Shown piece by piece: positions 17,555-27,235 of a DNA stretch of 50,984 bases (within the stretch, counting starts at the first letter, position 1; the number at the start of each line of letters is the position of its first letter). This stretch comes from a phage. The position numbers were made by a program, and so were the translations under genes. The notes under the pieces were generated by a model. That model made no database searches and was not told the origin of the DNA. It saw only the letters and a list, made by a program, of their open reading frames with translations. The stretch lies in the sequence record NC_100129.1; one strand, written 5' to 3'.

Positions 17555-18250
17555 ATGGCTACAGTAACTGTTATACCTACTGATATAACGAAGCTGAAAA
17601 ATGATGTTTCTACGATAAAACAGGATGTTTCGACACTAAAGCAGGATGTCGCCGGAAAAGCATCAACTACTGATGTTGACAATAAGTTGAAACCGTATCT
17701 AAAACAAACTGATCTATCATCCGAGTTGAGTAGCGGAAGGTATAGTGGGAGTTTTTACCCCCTAACTGGTAACGATGCATTTTATTTATTTAATATTAAC
17801 ACAACCGCTCAATCAGCAAACTTATGGCTTGATCCAAATGCTGGAGTGTCGCAAGTTTTACGCTCCACTTCCTCTTCTCGTTATAAGAGCAGCGTAGAAT
17901 CGGTTATTGATGAATATGCGGATCTGATGCTTGAAATGCGTCCTGTGTTGTATCGGTCAACTTGTGAAAGCGACCGTAAAGATTGGGGATGGTACGGACT
18001 GATTGCAGAGGAAGTTGGAGAGGTTGCGCCGGAGTACGTTCACTGGCGACCGCTGCAAGAAGGAGAAGATCCTGCCATTGCTTCAAGTAATGGCATGGTG
18101 GCGGAAGGCGTTATGTATGACCGCCTCACTGTTCCACTGATTCACCACGTCAAGAATCTGAAAGCGGAAAATGAGGAGATGAGAAAAGAAATTGACGAGC
18201 TAAAAGCGGTTGTAGCGGCACTGGTAAACAAACAAACCACGTTAGACTAA
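17555..18250 (+). CDS. short fibre-like protein with C-terminal intramolecular chaperone (peptidase S74-like) domain
   Basis: N-terminal heptad-like repeats; C-terminal SSRYK...GLIAEEVGEVAPEYV...YDRLTVPLIHHVKNL matches the auto-cleaving chaperone domain of tail fibres and endosialidases. Confidence 0.65.
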   Translation: MATVTVIPTDITKLKNDVSTIKQDVSTLKQDVAGKASTTDVDNKLKPYLKQTDLSSELSSGRYSGSFYPLTGNDAFYLFNINTTAQSANLWLDPNAGVSQVLRSTSSSRYKSSVESVIDEYADLMLEMRPVLYRSTCESDRKDWGWYGLIAEEVGEVAPEYVHWRPLQEGEDPAIASSNGMVAEGVMYDRLTVPLIHHVKNLKAENEEMRKEIDELKAVVAALVNKQTTLD

Positions 18251-18280
18251 AAAAATGCCCCGCATATGCGGGGCTTTTGT
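18250..18280. terminator. bidirectional terminator between fibre genes and ssb
   Basis: GCCCCGCATATGCGGGGC flanked by A-run and T-run. Confidence 0.75.
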
Positions 18281-18282
18281 TA

Positions 18283-18759
18283 TCAGAATGGAATGTCGTC
18301 GTCAAAATTCATTGGCGGCTGATTGCTTTGCTGTGGTTGCTGGCGAGGATGCTGCTGTTGCGGTTGCCCCCATCCACCTTGATTCTGCTGTTGCTGCTGT
18401 CCTTCGGTGCGCTGGCTGAATACCAGTCGTGGTTGTTCCATCTGCAACGTTACGTAGTTGTTACCGTTATGCTCGCGCTGGTTGATGCGTAGAACTTCCG
18501 CAGAGATGGAAACGACTTTACCAACCTGCAACGCGTTATCATACCACTGACGCATTGCATCGCTTGATGCGAAGAACGTTGCGCTATAGTTTGAATATAT
18601 CCGTTCACCACTCTGTTTGTCTTTAATAGACTCCGACAATTCCACAATATACATCTTGTAAGCGCCGGAGTTGCTTTGTCCTTCTTTTGTGTATGGCTCT
18701 TTTCGGATCGTTCCTGTGACTACGTGCATTTTGTTTTCTCCTATGAAAATGGGGCGCAA
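18283..18759 (-). CDS. ssb: single-stranded DNA-binding protein
   Basis: Gln/Gly-rich linker and acidic C-terminal tail DDDIPF, the SSB hallmark. Confidence 0.85.
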   Translation of the reverse strand: MRPIFIGENKMHVVTGTIRKEPYTKEGQSNSGAYKMYIVELSESIKDKQSGERIYSNYSATFFASSDAMRQWYDNALQVGKVVSISAEVLRINQREHNGNNYVTLQMEQPRLVFSQRTEGQQQQQNQGGWGQPQQQHPRQQPQQSNQPPMNFDDDIPF

Positions 18760-18770
18760 GCGCCCCGTTT

Positions 18771-19424
18771 TTATTCAAAATCGGTGATGTTAGCCGATTG
18801 TACTTGCTCAGGTTTTGCGGTGTCAACGGAATCACTTGCCAGATTCTTTTTCGGTTGCGCTGGATTAAAACCACGAGCGCCGCAGATTTCGATTTCTGCT
18901 TTTCGTTTCTCGTAGTGTTCCTTAACGACCTGTTTACTTGCTGGATCGCTTGCGCTCCATGCTTTCTTGAATGTTTCCTGCAATTCAGGCACTGACTCGC
19001 ATTTATCAAGATCACGTTTCCAGTCGTTTGCAGACTTAACAGCGATTTGCGCATCATCGTCAGCCTGGCTTAAACCGAACGCTGCCGCCGCAGAATAGCG
19101 CCTACCGTATGTAAAAGCAGATCCTACACCTTGCGGATCATTCTTCACGATTGGGATGTCAAAGAAATATTTCACCCACTGACCTGATGTGTGCATTACT
19201 GTTGTTTCGACTCGCAGCGTGTTATTTTCGATGCGGCTGCCGTCCTGCATTAGCATTAGGTCGTTATCCATCAACGCTGGAGTTATTGCATCAAGTACAG
19301 CGTCAAGTGTGGCGTAACGGTTTTTCAGATGGCTGTTTTGTCGGTCTTTTTTAACCTTCACAAACATTGAACGCGCTTTGTGTAGCGCCGGAAGTACAAG
19401 ATCGAATTTCTCTGATAGCTGCAT
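18771..19424 (-). CDS. erf: Erf-family single-strand annealing protein
   Basis: N-terminal region with [17 protein letters not shown] typical of Erf; sits between exonuclease and SSB. Confidence 0.7.
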   Translation of the reverse strand: MQLSEKFDLVLPALHKARSMFVKVKKDRQNSHLKNRYATLDAVLDAITPALMDNDLMLMQDGSRIENNTLRVETTVMHTSGQWVKYFFDIPIVKNDPQGVGSAFTYGRRYSAAAAFGLSQADDDAQIAVKSANDWKRDLDKCESVPELQETFKKAWSASDPASKQVVKEHYEKRKAEIEICGARGFNPAQPKKNLASDSVDTAKPEQVQSANITDFE

Positions 19425-19500
19425 AATTAACCCCTTATTTGTTAACCTGCGCGGCGAATTATAACACCGCGCTAATCATTTGTTTAGCTATTTGTGCGGT

Positions 19501-20562
19501 TTAAATCAGATACTGCTTGAACTGTCGGCGCACAAATTCAGGCGTATCCAAGCAAACTTCCGGCTCACCGTTTGCATACGCAGGCCATACGTCATGATGC
19601 TGGCACATAGCAAACTGTTGGATCACGCTAACATACTGGACTCGGCCTATCTTCAATTGCTCGCTGTTCATGCGGAAAGCCAACGGCAAATAAGGCTCTT
19701 TCTTCTCCTGGGCTAACAGGCGCATAACTACAGGGCGCTTCTCGTCTGGATATGCCTTCCTGAATAAATCATGTTGCAGCGCCATTTTCAGATAATAGCC
19801 GTGGTTGTAAGCCAGTCGCATAAACTCCATCGGATTTGCGCTCATTGTGGTTTTGTAGTCAGTTATAACAACCGCTTCTGGATAGATAATATCGCGGCAA
19901 ATTGGCTGACCTTTTTCGTCATAACCATCAATTAGCGTGGCGGTGACGTTTTTCACTACGTCAACGTGATCACATCGAACTTTAACTTTTACGCCGTTGA
20001 TTTCGCCGAATAACGACAATTCACGCTGTGCCGTCGGGCTGTTCATGCAGGCGTTATGTTCCGGTATGGATTCCAGAACCTGGCGCATTGCCACGCAAGC
20101 ATCGTAATCTTTCGCGTCGATTAACTGTACGCCGTCGGCTCTGGCCTGGCTTTCTGCGATCATGTCGATTAACCACATGATGTTAAGGTCTTCGCCACAA
20201 TCAACCATCATTTTGATAAGGTCGGGGTAAGCCTTTCCGCTTGTCCCTTTCAGGCCAAAAGATTTCAGCTTTGCAGCCAATGCCGTTTGGCTTGTGATCA
20301 ACTCTTTGAAGTCTTCCGGCGCTGGCGCACGGCGGTAAGTTTTATCAAATAGCTCCTTGCTTTCGAAGTTGGTATGCGACTGCGTACCGAAAACGAGCGC
20401 CTTGCTCTTATCGTCGCGCGGCTTGAACTTCCACGCAGCAGGGCAAGTGCTGTAAATCTCTGCCAGACTTGAACCGCTAACATATTCAGCCGTCCATGCT
20501 TCTGGATCGTGATAAAGCTCGTTGCTCATTTCTGCGCTGGTGTAAGCCATAAATTTATTCAT
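19501..20562 (-). CDS. PD-(D/E)XK recombination exonuclease (RecE/YqaJ-like)
   Basis: VITDYKTT motif; first gene of exonuclease-Erf-SSB module. Confidence 0.65.
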   Translation of the reverse strand: MNKFMAYTSAEMSNELYHDPEAWTAEYVSGSSLAEIYSTCPAAWKFKPRDDKSKALVFGTQSHTNFESKELFDKTYRRAPAPEDFKELITSQTALAAKLKSFGLKGTSGKAYPDLIKMMVDCGEDLNIMWLIDMIAESQARADGVQLIDAKDYDACVAMRQVLESIPEHNACMNSPTAQRELSLFGEINGVKVKVRCDHVDVVKNVTATLIDGYDEKGQPICRDIIYPEAVVITDYKTTMSANPMEFMRLAYNHGYYLKMALQHDLFRKAYPDEKRPVVMRLLAQEKKEPYLPLAFRMNSEQLKIGRVQYVSVIQQFAMCQHHDVWPAYANGEPEVCLDTPEFVRRQFKQYLI

Positions 20563-21073
20563 GATTAGCCCTCATTGGTTGGTATGCCTTCATTTTAGCT
20601 ATTTGATGCGTTTAGTCAATAGGTGATTTGTTTTTTCTGTTTTCTAAACGCTTCTTTTGGGCTTAAGAACAAAATCTGATTATAAGTGATTGAATATCAG
20701 GTTGTTATTTTTCTGTTCTCGCGTTCGCGTATCTGCTCAGCTTTATACATACATATGCAATACCCAGTGAGCATCTGTAATTACATAAATCAATACACTC
20801 ACCAAACATGCTACACACCACAACCCAATGAAACACAGAGAACAAATAAAAACAAATATAGATACATAGATAAATAAACTCTTTATTTTTTATGTATATA
20901 GATGATTTTACTGTCTATTGTTTGTCCAATTTGTGTTTAAGTTTTGCGCTAAAATTAAGGAGGTGTGAATTTGATAACAAGCGAGAACAGAAAAAACAAA
21001 TAGCACTTTTTGCTAAACTCGATGTTCAAGATCTTGTATAGTTGGAAACAACAACAACTAAGGAGATACAAAG
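20563..21073. other. large non-coding divergent control region (candidate ori/regulatory)
   Basis: ~510 bp without credible ORF; G-poor A/C-rich top strand; GTTCGCG repeat and AT-rich palindromic element ACATAGATAAATAAACTCTTTATTTT. Confidence 0.6.
21000..21017 (+). promoter_or_regulatory. dyad motif copy, variant (ATAGCACTTTTTGCTAAA)
   Basis: Upstream of lipoprotein cassette; TATAGT ~25 nt downstream. Confidence 0.55.
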
Positions 21074-21343
21074 ATGAAAAAATTAATCGCAGTTATCGCC
21101 ACCGTAGCCGCTCTGACCGGATGCGCAGCGTCGCCTACTGGCAGCTTCAAAAAGATCGATTGCACGGCAAAATTTAACGTTAAAACATTCCCTGTTAACG
21201 GATTCCATGAAGTCAAAATTAATGCAGTACGCGAAAACAGATTCAGCCAAAAGCAATACAGGTTGAGCGTTGACAATAAAGAAGTTAAATTTATCAACCG
21301 CTGGCAAAATGAAAGTAAATTTATTGATTTGAGGTGTAATTAA
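21074..21343 (+). CDS. small outer-membrane lipoprotein, candidate Cor-like superinfection-exclusion protein
   Basis: Signal peptide plus lipobox LTGC; 89 aa; own upstream dyad motif; position next to J-like gene. Confidence 0.5.
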   Translation: MKKLIAVIATVAALTGCAASPTGSFKKIDCTAKFNVKTFPVNGFHEVKINAVRENRFSQKQYRLSVDNKEVKFINRWQNESKFIDLRCN

Positions 21344-21621
21344 TGGCGCAATATGGTTATGCAATATATGACGATCGAGGAAGGGAAGTTACAGGACTTT
21401 TAACGCCTGTTTTCTTTCTTGATAAATTCACTCAGCCATCAGGTAGCAAGACTTACCAAAACAGGCCGCCAGGTAAATCATTGAAAGCAATATATGTTGG
21501 CATGAATTCCTGGCGTGGTGGCGACCCTGGCGCACCAAACTTATCGGTAAGTGGCGACACCGTTACATGGAGTGGGCTTTCTGGATCTGATTCAAGATAT
21601 ATATATACTTTTTGGGGGTGA
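21343..21621 (+). CDS. hypothetical protein (92 aa), paralog-motif family
   Basis: Shares N-terminal motif YG-x-x-I-x-x-x-x-G with the next ORF; translationally coupled. Confidence 0.45.
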   Translation: MAQYGYAIYDDRGREVTGLLTPVFFLDKFTQPSGSKTYQNRPPGKSLKAIYVGMNSWRGGDPGAPNLSVSGDTVTWSGLSGSDSRYIYTFWG

Positions 21622-22238
21622 TGATGTACGGGATGAGCATAAAAAAATCAGACGGATCATTATGGTTAAGCCCAGATTTCACTCCGGTTAATCTAATTGA
21701 TCGGGCAGTTATATCTGCTAATACCGGAACAGTTTTTACTTCGTCAATTCCTATTGATAGGGTGTGTTTTTTCTTTGTTAGATTGACTGCTAAATCATAC
21801 ATATCATTTACGCAATTTAACAATGGAGGAAGACACGCAATAAGACTTGATAGATCTGATAATCAGGGGGATGTTATTGTTTATGCTTTTAGCAACATGG
21901 TTACGCCTCCTGGTAGTCACGGGATAGCATTTTATAATGCTAGTGGTGAAATGGTTTATCATGGAAAAATGAGGCCTTTGGATGCAAAACTTGTATCTGT
22001 AAGCGGGATCGCGTTTGATGTTAATTTGGGATACCCTTGCGCCATAATGCCATCACTGACAGCGTTAAACTCTGTTCCTAATCCGGCTTTAGGTGGATTC
22101 ATGATATTTGAATCTCAGGCTGCTGCGTATGGCAACGGTGTATATTCTTTCTCTAGGCAAGTTGCACAAACTCCTGGCCCAGTTGGTATTTACACCGCTT
22201 CATCTGTTTTGGTTATAAATACATCACACTATGATTAA
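21612..22238 (+). CDS. hypothetical protein (~205 aa), paralog-motif family
   Basis: Contains motif twice (YGMSIKKSDGS, HGIAFYNASGEMV); followed by bidirectional terminator. Confidence 0.5.
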   Translation: MGVMMYGMSIKKSDGSLWLSPDFTPVNLIDRAVISANTGTVFTSSIPIDRVCFFFVRLTAKSYISFTQFNNGGRHAIRLDRSDNQGDVIVYAFSNMVTPPGSHGIAFYNASGEMVYHGKMRPLDAKLVSVSGIAFDVNLGYPCAIMPSLTALNSVPNPALGGFMIFESQAAAYGNGVYSFSRQVAQTPGPVGIYTASSVLVINTSHYD

Positions 22239-22242
22239 AATT

Positions 22243-22266
22243 AAAGGGGGCTATGCCCCCTTTTTT
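22243..22266. terminator. bidirectional terminator between plus-strand cassette and J-like gene
   Basis: GGGGGCTATGCCCCC then TTTTTT; A-rich upstream. Confidence 0.8.
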
Positions 22267-25200
22267 ACCAGCTTCCGGTAATCCTTCCGACTTCAACCCT
22301 CAATACTCCGTTTGCATCTTTTACCTTCAATCCCTCATTGGTGAATTTAGTAGCTCCTTCTCCTGGCGTTGATCCGTAATTCTCAAAGATTCCGTTTTTA
22401 TCAAGCCTCCATCCTTGCTGGTTTTGAACAAAGTTGTTTGACTGAATAACATTACCAATCATCGCATTAGTGATTGATCCGTTCTTCACCAAAAGACTAT
22501 TAATGAAAACCTGATTATTCTCAACCACGAAAGGCAAAGTGAAAGTCCCTCCAGTAGAGCTAGTCATAATGGCGAACCTGTTAGCATCAAACAAAATTTG
22601 CGAGATAAGGCCGGATGAACCCTGCGAAAGCTGCATCACCATTCCTGCGCTGTACTTCTGCCCATTGTAAGTAAGACCCAATTTCATAGCGTACTTAGCG
22701 CCAACTGAATCAACGCTCGCCCAAGAATCCAACTTTTCAACCAATGCAGATTCAACGTCTCCAAATCGTGCTGTTAATGCCTGATCAGCTTGTACTCGTG
22801 CTTCCTCCTCGTTGGCGATAGCTTGTCTCACTTCGGAAATGCTGGCCTCAACGTCAACCTTGATTGCATCATTGAGATCATTAATCTCTTTGGTGAATTT
22901 TGCATCAAGCTGTTGTACCGCTTGCGCTCGCGCTTCTGACTCGTTAGTGATTGTCTGCCTTACATCGCTAATGCTTGCAGAAGTATCCTTGCGCACGCCG
23001 TCGATTTCTTTCGTGAATTTAGAATCAAGCTGCTGAATTTGAGTTGCTCGTGTCTCTGATTCAGTGGCGATTGCCTCCTGAACTGTCTTGATGCTTGATG
23101 TTATCTCGCCATCAATTGAAGCCCTCAATTCTTCGATTTGAGTTACTCGCGCCTCAGTCTCATTTGCGATCAACTGAACAGCATGACCATATTCAGCCTT
23201 TCGCTTTCCGTTCTGTACTCGCGTCCATTTCAAGTTAGCGTCAATCGCCAAAGCGTTCTGGATTATTGCCTGCGCCTGGTCTTTGATCTTGTTCGCGCTT
23301 TCGATGGCGTTCTCCTTGATTTCTTGCCCTGCTTCGCTATCAAAAATCTTATCAAGAATATCTCCTAAAACAGATTCAACATCATCTGATGCCATGCCAC
23401 GAACAAAATCAGTCCAGCTAGAAACGTTGCCGATTCTGTCAACGCTGCGGATTCTATACCAGACAACCTGACCCGCTGGTAGTGTACTGTGCCAGTATTC
23501 ATATTGCGGGTATGGGATCAGCGTTAACAGGCTTGAGTTTTCAACCGTTCCGTCTGGCGACTGGTGAAGCTCAATGTAGGCCGTGTCTCCGCTTCCTTCT
23601 GGCATGCCCCATTTAATACGAATGCCGAAAACTTCATTATCTGATGCGGTTAAGTTAACTGGCGCGCCTGGCTCGCCAACTTTACCAGTCAGGGAAGCTG
23701 TTGCAATCTTCGACCATGCTGATGTACTGCCGGAAGCTGAAACAGATCTGACCCTTACTTGATAGTTCCCTGAATAAATTCCTTCTACTTCCGTCTCTTT
23801 GTTCGCTGTGCGCGGCGTATTTAGCCAGTTGCCATCACCTTTTCGCCATTGCATTTCATACAGTGACGCATAAGGCACTTTATCCCACGACACAACCATC
23901 GTCTCAACGCTAACACCCTGGACAACACGGGAGTATGATGACACCTGAACATTTTCCGGTGCTTGCATGATGTCCGGCTGCACGATTGAGATCGGACGAT
24001 CATCAATGTTTACGCCATAATCAATTTCGTCGTATTTGTTAGGATCGTATTCAACCGCCGTAATCGAGTAGGTAAATTCTTCCTCAGTGTCACCCTTGCT
24101 GATTCCTGTTACAACGTACTGTTGCAACGCAAGGTCTGTTCGGTCGATTGCAAATACGGTGTCCGGTTTTACGTCGAATCCGAACCCTACGTTTAACTCA
24201 ATGGTTTTTCCGTCCGCGCTGACTTTTGAGATTGTGCGCTTAACTGGTTTTCCGTCCGGTCTGTTGATGATAATGAAATCACCTGGTCTAGCGTCAATCT
24301 TAAACGGAACGAATACCTGCAAGCCGGAAACTTCCATTACGCGCCCTGATAGGTTGAGCGTTAAGTTGCTGCTCAGGAAGTTATCAGAAATCGCGATAAC
24401 GTCACCGATAGATGGGATCATCCCTTCCAGCCCGGTGGCAAAGTTTACCGTTTGGCTGCGCAGGTTGGTTTTCAGTATCCAGCGTCCGCGTCGATTCGCT
24501 TCGCTTCGACGGGTACAACCAATCGCCGTGATACTTGTTGGATTGTAGCCAAAACGTAACGCCGCCTCAGTGTCAAATACGCCCTCAACGTCCTGTTGAT
24601 ACATGTTTTGCTCATCGTCAAACGTAACGTTGCATTGAGTGTACATGCTCTTTTCGCTGGCGCTCGTGTACTGAAAATCTCCATTAATTACGTTGTCGTT
24701 TGTAAAGATGTATGATGGCTCGCGCGGTTTATCCACCACTACAGACAAGCTCTCGCCATTCCAAAAAGTCATTCCTCGGAAGATTGAGCAAATGTCACGA
24801 ATAAGCTGATAAGCCTCAATCTGGCTTTGAATCACCATATCGCATAGGTAGCGCGGCTCTGTTCCTCCCTTGCCATCTGGAACCATCTGATCACAATACA
24901 CCCCAGCCTCGTATAGACTCCACTTGTCGATCTGTATTCCCAATTCTCGTTGATCAAGTCCATAACGCTGATTAGTAACCAAATCGTAAAGAACCCATGC
25001 CGGATTATTTGACCACGCTTTTTTAAATGTTCCGTCCCATGTTCCAGAATACCGACGAGATACAGGATCGTAATTGCTGGGAACCTGAATCAACTTCCAT
25101 TTCTTTTTAATTGAAATGTTAGGGATCTGGTTAGGGAACAGTTCACTGTCAAACTCGACGTAAACAAGCCCAGTCAGAGGGTAACGGAATTTTGCATCAA

Positions 25201-25843
25201 TTACCTCGGCGTAACTCTGTATGCGGATCAGGTCTGTAACCTTCGACGTTGTGCTGTCAGGCGTAACGCGGCGAACGCGAAGCAAAACACGCTCATTGAA
25301 TTTCGGCAAGTCAATGCGTCGGCTACGGTCGTATCCGGTGCGCGTCTTGCCGTTAATGGTGTCGATCATTACTTCTTTGTATGAATCACCATCAACCGCC
25401 ATATCAACTGCATATGTAACGGTAACGCCCACCAAGTCGCCGTTATCCTCCTGCTTAATACCCACTGGCATTAGCATTTTGATGCGTATTGCGGAAAGCG
25501 TCTTATTCGTTACCGACAAAACATATGGCGTATTTGTAGTCAAATCTCGATTGATGATCACCTCGTTTGACGTGTCAGTAAAACCCTGAATGTATTCCTG
25601 ATCCTGCGTTCCTGGCCTAAACTCTGCTTTAACGCCTGGGTAGTTTACAGTTCCGTCGTCAGCGATAACCGGAACATCATCAAGATACAGATCACGTAAT
25701 GAGAAATCCGCGTCACACTCACCATCGGATACGGCAAGCAGGATTTTAATTTTGTTTATTGAAATCAGGTTATCTTCAAGCTCTTTAGGCACGTAAGGTT
25801 TTTTCGACCCACCCTTACTGCCAGTTATAATATTTTTAGCCAT
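22265..25843 (-). CDS. central tail fibre / host specificity protein (lambda gpJ-like)
   Basis: 1192 aa; blocks recalled from lambda J (LQVPSNYNP..YSG.WDGTFK, CDQ.VPDG.GGTEPR); last gene of tail module. Confidence 0.9.
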   Translation of the reverse strand: MAKNIITGSKGGSKKPYVPKELEDNLISINKIKILLAVSDGECDADFSLRDLYLDDVPVIADDGTVNYPGVKAEFRPGTQDQEYIQGFTDTSNEVIINRDLTTNTPYVLSVTNKTLSAIRIKMLMPVGIKQEDNGDLVGVTVTYAVDMAVDGDSYKEVMIDTINGKTRTGYDRSRRIDLPKFNERVLLRVRRVTPDSTTSKVTDLIRIQSYAEVIDAKFRYPLTGLVYVEFDSELFPNQIPNISIKKKWKLIQVPSNYDPVSRRYSGTWDGTFKKAWSNNPAWVLYDLVTNQRYGLDQRELGIQIDKWSLYEAGVYCDQMVPDGKGGTEPRYLCDMVIQSQIEAYQLIRDICSIFRGMTFWNGESLSVVVDKPREPSYIFTNDNVINGDFQYTSASEKSMYTQCNVTFDDEQNMYQQDVEGVFDTEAALRFGYNPTSITAIGCTRRSEANRRGRWILKTNLRSQTVNFATGLEGMIPSIGDVIAISDNFLSSNLTLNLSGRVMEVSGLQVFVPFKIDARPGDFIIINRPDGKPVKRTISKVSADGKTIELNVGFGFDVKPDTVFAIDRTDLALQQYVVTGISKGDTEEEFTYSITAVEYDPNKYDEIDYGVNIDDRPISIVQPDIMQAPENVQVSSYSRVVQGVSVETMVVSWDKVPYASLYEMQWRKGDGNWLNTPRTANKETEVEGIYSGNYQVRVRSVSASGSTSAWSKIATASLTGKVGEPGAPVNLTASDNEVFGIRIKWGMPEGSGDTAYIELHQSPDGTVENSSLLTLIPYPQYEYWHSTLPAGQVVWYRIRSVDRIGNVSSWTDFVRGMASDDVESVLGDILDKIFDSEAGQEIKENAIESANKIKDQAQAIIQNALAIDANLKWTRVQNGKRKAEYGHAVQLIANETEARVTQIEELRASIDGEITSSIKTVQEAIATESETRATQIQQLDSKFTKEIDGVRKDTSASISDVRQTITNESEARAQAVQQLDAKFTKEINDLNDAIKVDVEASISEVRQAIANEEEARVQADQALTARFGDVESALVEKLDSWASVDSVGAKYAMKLGLTYNGQKYSAGMVMQLSQGSSGLISQILFDANRFAIMTSSTGGTFTLPFVVENNQVFINSLLVKNGSITNAMIGNVIQSNNFVQNQQGWRLDKNGIFENYGSTPGEGATKFTNEGLKVKDANGVLRVEVGRITGSW

Positions 25844-25889
25844 GTTTTTTTACCTTTTGTGCTATTTGCGTGTTTACATTATACGGACG

Positions 25890-25921
25890 AAAAAAAAGCC
25901 GCGCAACGCGCGACTCTTTTT
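25890..25921. terminator. terminator-like hairpin between I-like and J-like genes
   Basis: A-run, GC-rich imperfect hairpin (GCCGCGCAACGCGCG), T-run. Confidence 0.5.
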
Positions 25922-25923
25922 GT

Positions 25924-26523
25924 TTATGCTTTATCTTCCGCGTAGCTTCCAGCCGACCAGATCGCACCACCAACGGTGCGCAATCCGTAAGGTATTGGAA
26001 GTGGATAGCCAGCCGCAGAAGTGTTTACAGCCCCACCAAAGGCATATGACGGTTTGTTCTCTGTGGCTGTTGCCTGCATTTTTGCCCCTCCTGGTTGCGG
26101 TGATAGCATTTGCGTTACCCCTCCCAATGCCATAGCGCCACCCATAAGGAAAGCAGACGATGCAAACGAACTAGCCATCATTGCTGCTACGCCGCCAGTT
26201 GCAACCACTGCCACTGCCATGATGGTAACACCCAAGATGGATTGGAACAGGCCGCCTGACTTAGACCCCGTGGGAATTGGGATTATCCTGATCTCTTTCG
26301 CGCATTGCCAGGTGCGATCGTCATGCTGGCTAATCTCTTTGCCGTCAACAATAACAGCGTAACGCATACGCGATCCCACCTCGCTTTGCATGTAATCCTT
26401 GAATCCTTCAATCTGTGAAGAAAGGGCGCGGATTGCTTCGGGGTATGAGTCAACGGCTAATTTGTGAAATACACCAAAACGACGGCCTAACGACCCCGAT
26501 AATTTAATTGTTTTCAATGTCAT
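25924..26523 (-). CDS. tail assembly protein (lambda gpI-like)
   Basis: AIRAL, GSKSGGLFQSILG and Gly/Ala-rich hydrophobic C-terminal half as in lambda I; position between K and J. Confidence 0.75.
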   Translation of the reverse strand: MTLKTIKLSGSLGRRFGVFHKLAVDSYPEAIRALSSQIEGFKDYMQSEVGSRMRYAVIVDGKEISQHDDRTWQCAKEIRIIPIPTGSKSGGLFQSILGVTIMAVAVVATGGVAAMMASSFASSAFLMGGAMALGGVTQMLSPQPGGAKMQATATENKPSYAFGGAVNTSAAGYPLPIPYGLRTVGGAIWSAGSYAEDKA

Positions 26524-27235
26524 ATTTTAGATCCTTATGCCTACATACCATTACCGCATGTTCCTGATACCAGCCGGAATACAGATCAATTTTTGATAGC
26601 TTACCAAAAGCGTGATGCAATAGCTGGTTGTTGCCTAAGTAGATTCCGGCGTGATTCCAGACTGGCGATGATAGCTGAAAAATCACCATATCGCCTGCCT
26701 TCGGATCCTGATTGGTTGGTATGAACCCCTCTTTCAGATAGTTTTCCTCATAGAGATTCTCGCCGTATTCAGGCTTCCACCATTCGTAAGGTTTTCGGAA
26801 GTCGTTCAGTTCTACGCCATTCTCTTTGTGCCAGGCCATAACAAGCCCCCAGCAATCATAAGAACCAAGCGACCAGGGGCGACCAGTCAGTGGGCGTGTT
26901 TCCGGTTCTATTATTCGCATATCGCCTTCCGGCCAGGAAACGATAACCCATGATACGCCTGTTTCGTCACACATACATGTGTCGTGCGCACTGGGGATTG
27001 TACTTGCCCCATCTCCAGTGTGTGAATGCACAATAGCAATAAGCTCGCCACTGTCGCACGCTTCGACGTATTCCATCGTATCCATTTCAAAGTGATTTTC
27101 TGGATCATCATGAACATTTGTTATGCGGTGATATTTCTGTACCCGCGATTTTTGAGTGATAACCCCGCACGCCTCGCGCGGGTATTCGTCTTTAACGTGC
27201 TGCATTATTTCAAGTTTAATCTTTGCACTAATCAT
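26504..27235 (-). CDS. tail assembly protein (lambda gpK-like; JAB/MPN plus NlpC/P60 domains)
   Basis: JAB motif EACGVI...HSHTGDGASTIPSAHD and C-terminal Cys/His peptidase-like region; position. Confidence 0.75.
   Translation of the reverse strand: MISAKIKLEIMQHVKDEYPREACGVITQKSRVQKYHRITNVHDDPENHFEMDTMEYVEACDSGELIAIVHSHTGDGASTIPSAHDTCMCDETGVSWVIVSWPEGDMRIIEPETRPLTGRPWSLGSYDCWGLVMAWHKENGVELNDFRKPYEWWKPEYGENLYEENYLKEGFIPTNQDPKAGDMVIFQLSSPVWNHAGIYLGNNQLLHHAFGKLSKIDLYSGWYQEHAVMVCRHKDLKYDIENN

Noticed and set aside
20686-20877. 63-aa ORF in the large non-coding region
   Set aside because: No RBS, highly biased A/C-rich low-complexity sequence; more likely part of the regulatory/ori-like region.
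22812-25589. Several plus-strand ORFs of 61-153 aa within the J-like gene
   Set aside because: Antisense to a 1192-aa gene with strong lambda J-like blocks; no RBS or motif support.
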